A stretch of 50,594 nucleotides of DNA from Kiritimatiellia bacterium (GTDB lineage: Bacteria > Verrucomicrobiota > Kiritimatiellia > RFP12 > UBA1067): the NCBI GenBank assembly GCA_016302985.1, contig JAEDMN010000001.1, positions 1-50,594 of the forward strand, in the 5' to 3' direction. Positions 43,220 to 50,594 of this stretch are shown here, piece by piece. The notes below the pieces were generated by a model. It did not search any database. It saw only the letters and a list, made by a program, of their open reading frames with translations, and had not been told where the DNA came from. Each line of letters opens with the position of its first letter. Position 1 is the first letter of the stretch. The position numbers were made by a program, and so were the translations under genes.

Positions 43220-43228
43220 ATTCTACCA
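43220..43228 (-). promoter_or_regulatory. Extended -10 box TGGTAGAAT (minus strand), 6 nt upstream of the ATG at 43213 (predicts a leaderless transcript)
   Basis: The plus-strand attctacca at 43220-43228 is its reverse complement. The spacer is AGGCGC. Confidence 0.5.
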
Positions 43229-43328
43229 TAATTCCAGCGCGTTTGCACCTGCCACGCGGGTGCCAGGCGCCCCGCGGACGGGCGTCGCGGCCGCGATGCG
43301 GGGGATGCCGTCGCCCCCCCGACCGGCC

Positions 43329-44489
43329 TTATTCGCCGGCCTTGATCCGGTCCCAGGCCTTGTTGTAGAGCTCCTGCACCGCGGGCTGGTCCGCGAAGCC
43401 CTTCAGCACCTGGCCGCGGGCGATCGTCGCGTCGTCGAGGATGATCAGCTTGCGGTAGTCCGCCTCGAGCAGGTCGATGCCGGGCTGCACCGGGTTCGGG
43501 CCGCAGATGTACTCCATGTTCGCCTTCGCGACCTCGCCGTCGTAGATGTAGTTGATGAACGCGTACGCAAGGTCCTTCCGGCGGGCGTCCTTCGCGACGA
43601 CCATCTCGTCGAACGCGATCGTGTAGCCTTCCTTCGGCAGCGCGAAGCCGATGTCGGGACGCGGCTTCGAGCCCTCCTCCTCGTCGCCGACGATGATCTG
43701 CGTCGCGTCCGTGGAGTAGCCGTGGCCGATCCACGTCGCACCGCTCGCGACCTCGGTCTTGTAGCTCTCGGCGTCGAACTTGCGGGAGTTCGGCTTCCAC
43801 TTGAGCACCTCCGCGACCGCGGCGTCGATCTCCTTCGGGTCCGTCGAGTTGATCGGGTGGCCGAGGGCCATGAGGCCGCCGCCGATCACCTCGCGCATGT
43901 CGTCGAGCAGCGTGACGCGGCCCTTGAACGCCGGATTCGCGAGCGCCTTCCAGCTCGCCACCTCCACGCCCTCCGGCACCTTGCCCTTCAGGTACATGAA
44001 GCCCGTGTAGGTCACCGTGTACGGCACGTTGTAGGTGAAGGCCGGGTCGATGATCTGCTTCGCGAAGCCGGACGCGAAGTTCTTCTTCACGTTCGGGCAC
44101 TTCGCGTGGTCGATCTTCTCGATCATGCCGTCCTTCGCCATCTGGGCGATCTGGTAGGAGCTCGGCATCATGATGTCGTAGCCCGTGCCGCCCGCCTTGA
44201 GCTTCGCGTACATCGCCTCGTTGGAGTCGAACGTGTCGACGACGACCTTCACGCCCAGCGCCTTCTCGAAGCCCTGGATGACCTCGGGGGCGATGTAGTC
44301 GGACCACGTGTAGATGTGCAGCTCGCCGCCCTTGCCGTCCGCCTTGTAGCCGCTCGCCTCGGCCGCGGCCTTCGCCTGCGCGGAGAGGTCGGCCCCCGCG
44401 CCGGCCTCGGTTTCCGACGAGCCGCAGCCCGCGAGGAGGACGGACGCGGCGGCCGCGCCCACGAGGAAGTTCAGTCTGGAGAGCATCAT
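43329..44489 (-). CDS. potD: Spermidine/putrescine ABC transporter substrate-binding lipoprotein
   Basis: Lipobox LLAGC. ELHIYTWSDYIAPEVIQGFEKALGVKV and later motifs are typical of the PotD/PotF family. ATGA overlap with potC (44486-44489). The upstream part of the 610-aa ORF is shadow. Confidence 0.85.
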   Translation of the reverse strand: MMLSRLNFLVGAAAASVLLAGCGSSETEAGAGADLSAQAKAAAEASGYKADGKGGELHIYTWSDYIAPEVIQGFEKALGVKVVVDTFDSNEAMYAKLKAGGTGYDIMMPSSYQIAQMAKDGMIEKIDHAKCPNVKKNFASGFAKQIIDPAFTYNVPYTVTYTGFMYLKGKVPEGVEVASWKALANPAFKGRVTLLDDMREVIGGGLMALGHPINSTDPKEIDAAVAEVLKWKPNSRKFDAESYKTEVASGATWIGHGYSTDATQIIVGDEEEGSKPRPDIGFALPKEGYTIAFDEMVVAKDARRKDLAYAFINYIYDGEVAKANMEYICGPNPVQPGIDLLEADYRKLIILDDATIARGQVLKGFADQPAVQELYNKAWDRIKAGE

Positions 44490-45316
44490 TCCGAGGGTCC
44501 TTTCAGTTTGGCCTGGTTGCGGCCGGTGAGCAGTTTGGAGATCCCGACGAGCGCGCACGTGAAGAGCAGCATCAGCGTCGACAGCGCGAACACCGCGGGC
44601 AGGTTCTTCGAGTGCTTCGTCATGGACGAGACGTAGGTCGGGAAGGTGTTCGTGCCGGCGCCGTTCACGAAGGACGTGATCACGACGTCGTCGATCGAGA
44701 GCGTGAACGCGAGCAGCCCGCCCGCGACGATGCCCGGCAGCAGGATCGGGAACTCCACGTGGAAGAACGCGTACCACGGCCCCGCCCCGAGGTCGTAGGC
44801 GGCCTCCGTGATGCGGTCGTCGAAGTCCTGCAGGCGCGCCAGCACCGTCATCACGACGTACGAGACGCAGAACGTCACGTGCGCGATGAGAATCGTCCAG
44901 AAGCCGCACTCGACCTTCACCGCGACGAAGAGCATCAGCAGCGAAATGCCGATCAGGATGTCCGGCATCACGAGCGGCGTGTAGACGAGCGCGTGGTGGA
45001 TGGACTGCAGCCGGTCCTTCCAGCGGTGCAGCGCGAGCGCCGCCGTCGTCCCGATCACGCAGGAGACGAGCGTCGACAGGCCCGCGATCGTCAGCGACAG
45101 CCAGAAGCTCTGCAGCAGCGCCTTCACCGCGTGGTGGCCGCTGAAGATCTGCCGGTACCACTTCATCGTGAAGCCCGTGAACGACCCGTCCGCGTCGAAG
45201 AAGCTCATCGAGATGCCGTTCGGGACGAACCCGTAGACGACCACGAGGACGATCGGCACGTAGAGGAACGCGAGCACGAGGCCCAGCACCGCGATGGAGA
45301 ACATCGAACGCTTCAC
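44486..45316 (-). CDS. potC: Spermidine/putrescine ABC transporter permease
   Basis: 6-TM BPD-type permease with an EAAYDLGAG EAA loop. The GTG at 45316 forms a GTGA overlap with the potB stop. An alternative ATG lies at 45304. Confidence 0.85.
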   Translation of the reverse strand: MKRSMFSIAVLGLVLAFLYVPIVLVVVYGFVPNGISMSFFDADGSFTGFTMKWYRQIFSGHHAVKALLQSFWLSLTIAGLSTLVSCVIGTTAALALHRWKDRLQSIHHALVYTPLVMPDILIGISLLMLFVAVKVECGFWTILIAHVTFCVSYVVMTVLARLQDFDDRITEAAYDLGAGPWYAFFHVEFPILLPGIVAGGLLAFTLSIDDVVITSFVNGAGTNTFPTYVSSMTKHSKNLPAVFALSTLMLLFTCALVGISKLLTGRNQAKLKGPSE

Positions 45317-46320
45317 GACTCGCCCTCCCCGTTCGACGACGTCACCAGGCGCGCCGTCTGCGCCTCCAGGCGCTTGCGCCCGCGGATGTCCTGACGCCGC
45401 TTCAGCCACATCGCCAGACCGAGCGGAATCAGCACCGACACCGCCATCAGCGTCGCCAGCGCCGACGCGTGCGGGATGTTGCGCATCTGGATCGCCCGCA
45501 TGAAGATCTTGTTGCCGATCAGCACGCAGTCCGTCCCGCCGAGCATCTGCGGGATCACGTACGAGCCGATCGCCGGGATGAACACCATCAGCACGGCGGA
45601 GACGATGCCCTGCTTCACGCCCGGCATGAAGATCTTCCGGAACGCGTAGAAGTTCTTCGCGCCCAGGTCGCGCGCGGCCTCGAGCAGGGAAAAGTCGAAC
45701 TTCTCCGCGGCCGTGTAGATCGGCATGATCGCGAACGGCAGGAAGGTGTAGACCGAGACCAGCACCACGGCCGTCTCCGAGTCCAGGATCGTCGAGGTCG
45801 CCGGGTCGACGTGCCCCGCCGTCGCGAGCCCGGTCCACACCAGGAACTGCTGCACCGCGGCCGGCAGCCAGTTGAAGAGCCACTCGCGGAAGCGGAGGAA
45901 GACGAGATAGCACGCCTGCAGCCATCCGTCCGGATGCAGGATCGTCTTCCACGCGAAGACGCGCACGACGAAGCTCGTCCAGAACGGCAGCATGATCGAC
46001 CCCGCGACGACCGCGCGCCAGCGCGGGTTCATGCGGGCGATCGCGTAGGCGCACGGCAGCGCGAGCACGATCGACCAGAACGTGACCTCGAACGAGATCC
46101 GGATCGTGTTCCAGACGATGGTCGGGTAGTCCGGGTCCACCAGCTCCCGCCAGGTGGAGAACGACCAGTCGCCCACGCCGCCGGACGCGTCGTGCCCGTG
46201 GAAGGTGAACGCGAGCACGATCACCGCGGGGATCGCGAAGAAGACCGCCAGCCAGAGGAAGGAGGAGGACGTCAGCAGCCACTCGGCCTTCCGGGATCTC
46301 AGGGGGTTCGTGTTGTTCAC
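45313..46320 (-). CDS. potB: Spermidine/putrescine ABC transporter permease
   Basis: BPD-type permease with an EAARDLGAK EAA loop. The GTG at 46320 forms a GTGA overlap with the potA stop. Confidence 0.85.
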   Translation of the reverse strand: MNNTNPLRSRKAEWLLTSSSFLWLAVFFAIPAVIVLAFTFHGHDASGGVGDWSFSTWRELVDPDYPTIVWNTIRISFEVTFWSIVLALPCAYAIARMNPRWRAVVAGSIMLPFWTSFVVRVFAWKTILHPDGWLQACYLVFLRFREWLFNWLPAAVQQFLVWTGLATAGHVDPATSTILDSETAVVLVSVYTFLPFAIMPIYTAAEKFDFSLLEAARDLGAKNFYAFRKIFMPGVKQGIVSAVLMVFIPAIGSYVIPQMLGGTDCVLIGNKIFMRAIQMRNIPHASALATLMAVSVLIPLGLAMWLKRRQDIRGRKRLEAQTARLVTSSNGEGES

Positions 46321-47423
46321 TGCGCGGCTTCCACCATGTAGCCGTCGTCCGGATGCCACCAGACGAAGACCTCGTCGTTCCAGGTGATCGGCTCCTGGTC
46401 GAGCAGGAAGCGCGAGTGCGGCTTGAGGGACTGGATCTGCACGCCGGAGGACGTCACCCAGAACTTCGTGTAGACGCCCTGGTAGACGATGTCCTGCACC
46501 TTCGACGGGAAGACGTTGATCGACGCGCCCTTCTCCGGCAGCGGCGGCGTGAGCGTCACGCGGATCTTCTCCGGCCGCACCGACAGGTCGACCTCCTGGC
46601 CGACCGCGAGCTTCTTGTCGTTGTACGCCTTGATCTGCGGGAAGCCCGCGCCCTGGATGTAGCAGTAGTCGCCCTCCACCGAGACGATCTCGCCGTGGAA
46701 GAAGTTCGTGTCGCCGATGAAGGAGGCGACGAAGCGCGACGCCGGCGCCTCGTAGATCTCGGCCGGCCCCGCGAGCTGCTCGATGCGCCCCTTGTTGATG
46801 ACCGCGATGCGGTCCGAAAGCGACATCGCCTCGCCCTGGTCGTGCGTGACGTACATGAACGTGATGCCGACCTGGTCGTGGATGCGGTCCAGCTCGAGCA
46901 GCATGTGCTGGCGCAGCTTGAGGTCGAGCGCCGCGAGCGGTTCGTCGAGCAGCAGCACCTGCGGGCGGTCCACCAGCGCGCGCGCGATGGCGACGCGCTG
47001 CTTCTGTCCGCCGGAAAGCTGGCTCGGATACTTCCACGCGTGGTCCGACATGCGGATCATCTCGAGGATGGCGTCCACCGACTCCTCGATCTCGGCCTTC
47101 GGCTTCTTCGCGAGGCGCAGCGAGAACGCGATGTTGTCCCAGATCGTCATCGTCGGGAACAACGCGTAGTTCTGGAAGACGGTGTGGACGCGCCGGATGT
47201 TCGGCGGCGTATCGGTGATGTCCTTGCCATCCAGGTAGATGCGTCCGGAGTCCGGACGCTCGAAACCGCCGAGCATGCGGAGCAAGGTCGTCTTGCCGCA
47301 TCCCGACGGTCCAAGCAGCGAGAAGAACTCGCCCTTCTGGATGGAGAACGAAACGTCGTTGACCGCGGTCAGCGCGCCGAAGCGCTTGGTCACATGGTCG
47401 AAGACGAGGAATTCATTCGCCAA
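46317..47423 (-). CDS. potA: Spermidine/putrescine ABC transporter ATP-binding protein
   Basis: Walker A GPSGCGKTT, signature LSGGQKQR, Walker B LLLDEPLAALD, and a C-terminal TOBE-like domain. There is no in-frame ATG. The TTG at 47423 lies 7 nt downstream of a perfect AAGGAGG. Confidence 0.85.
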   Translation of the reverse strand: MANEFLVFDHVTKRFGALTAVNDVSFSIQKGEFFSLLGPSGCGKTTLLRMLGGFERPDSGRIYLDGKDITDTPPNIRRVHTVFQNYALFPTMTIWDNIAFSLRLAKKPKAEIEESVDAILEMIRMSDHAWKYPSQLSGGQKQRVAIARALVDRPQVLLLDEPLAALDLKLRQHMLLELDRIHDQVGITFMYVTHDQGEAMSLSDRIAVINKGRIEQLAGPAEIYEAPASRFVASFIGDTNFFHGEIVSVEGDYCYIQGAGFPQIKAYNDKKLAVGQEVDLSVRPEKIRVTLTPPLPEKGASINVFPSKVQDIVYQGVYTKFWVTSSGVQIQSLKPHSRFLLDQEPITWNDEVFVWWHPDDGYMVEAAQ

Positions 47424-47443
47424 CGCGCCACCTCCTTGCCGTG

Positions 47444-47893
47444 TCAGGGAACCCAGACCTGGGTCTGCTGCTGCTCGTAATGCCCGGGCTGCCACGTGCG
47501 GACGGCCGAACCGTTCGCGCTCATCTGGTCCACGTAGCGCCCCTCGACCCAGACGTTCTGCGTCCGCGTCTCGTAGTGCCCCGTCTGCACCGCGACCGGC
47601 TGCTGAACCGCCACGGGCTGCTGCACCACAACGGGCTGCTGCTGCACGACGACCGGGGCCGCCGGGACCACCGGGGTCGGCGTGACGACCACGGGCGGCG
47701 GGGCCGGGTGCGTGGCATCGTAGATGGCGGAGGCCAGCAGGCCGGCGCCGAGGATGCCCGCGCCGATCGCGAGGCCCGTCCCGCCATGGTGGTGGTGGTG
47801 GTGGTGGCCATGGTAGCGCCCGGGATAGGCGCAGAGCGTCAGAGACGCCAGGACCGCACACGCGAAAATTCCAGCCTTGCCGATCTTGTTCAT
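47444..47893 (-). CDS. Lipoprotein with a His7 tract, glycine-zipper segment, QQPVxV repeats and two GHYE...VWV motifs (PXPV/YXWGXW-like)
   Basis: MNKIGKAGIFACAVLASLTLC lipobox. YHGHHHHHHHGG. GTGLAIGAGILGAGLLASAI. PVVVQQQPVVVQQPVAVQQPVAVQ. GHYETRTQNVWVEG and PGHYEQQQTQVWVP. AAGGAAGGAG lies upstream of the ATG at 47893. Confidence 0.65.
   Translation of the reverse strand: MNKIGKAGIFACAVLASLTLCAYPGRYHGHHHHHHHGGTGLAIGAGILGAGLLASAIYDATHPAPPPVVVTPTPVVPAAPVVVQQQPVVVQQPVAVQQPVAVQTGHYETRTQNVWVEGRYVDQMSANGSAVRTWQPGHYEQQQTQVWVP
47786..47806 (-). repeat. Trinucleotide repeat (CAC)6CAT encoding the His7 tract
   Basis: The plus strand reads atg(gtg)6, flanked by CCATGG on both sides (47784-47789 and 47808-47813). 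Confidence 0.9.
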
Positions 47894-47960
47894 GTCGTCA
47901 TCTCCTTCCTTGGACACGGGCCCGTATCGGCCCCGACACCCCGCTAGGCGTTCCGGACGG

Positions 47961-50594
<2,634 letters not shown>

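Noticed and set aside
47585-47656. Short tandem nucleotide repeats (about 18-nt units rich in GCTGCTG), considered as a possible non-coding repeat array.
   Set aside because: They are fully explained by the in-frame QQPV(V/A)V peptide repeats of the His-rich lipoprotein. There is no spacer/repeat architecture and this is not a CRISPR.

Overview
High-GC (by eye about 65-70% G+C), gene-dense bacterial chromosomal segment. I call about 46 protein genes and one tRNA-Arg(CCT), roughly three quarters of them on the minus strand.

The content is mostly core housekeeping:
- Heme, riboflavin and one-carbon metabolism: hemW, ribD-ribE, ribBA, folD.
- Amino-acid metabolism: hisC, thrC, and a PaaK-like ligase with an ACT protein.
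- Replication, segregation, transcription and secretion: parB, a XerC/D recombinase, HU, nusB, holA, tlyA, and secA (5' end cut by the window edge).
- Transport: potABCD and a GldA/F/G-type ABC module with a DUF4340 protein.

I saw no rRNA, CRISPR array, transposase/IS, prophage or recognisable defence genes, and no low-GC island. AT-rich patches are confined to intergenic promoter and terminator regions. The many very long extra ORFs in the six-frame track are stop-codon-poor shadow frames typical of high-GC DNA.

The repertoire (ECF sigma plus Ser/Thr kinase pair, DUF2723/GT-C proteins, GldG module, PEGA repeats, many lipoproteins) suggests a PVC-type organism, but that is inference only.

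The stretches most worth a second look:
1. An ECF sigma factor translationally coupled to a transmembrane Ser/Thr kinase, with no anti-sigma gene.
2. An operon of a secreted TPR protein, a TonB-like/VWA membrane protein and a CxxC thioredoxin-fold protein, ending in ribBA.
3. An orphan TadC-like gene, an FHA membrane protein and a five-PEGA-repeat protein heading a long housekeeping operon.
4. A giant DUF2723 protein overlapping an N-terminally short TIGR03663-like GT-C protein.
5. A His7 glycine-zipper lipoprotein upstream of potABCD.
6. A recurring TGnTAnAAT extended -10 signature, in several cases 6-7 nt from the ATG, which implies leaderless mRNAs.

I cannot show that any of these is a genuinely new system. 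All functional readings come from motif recognition by eye.
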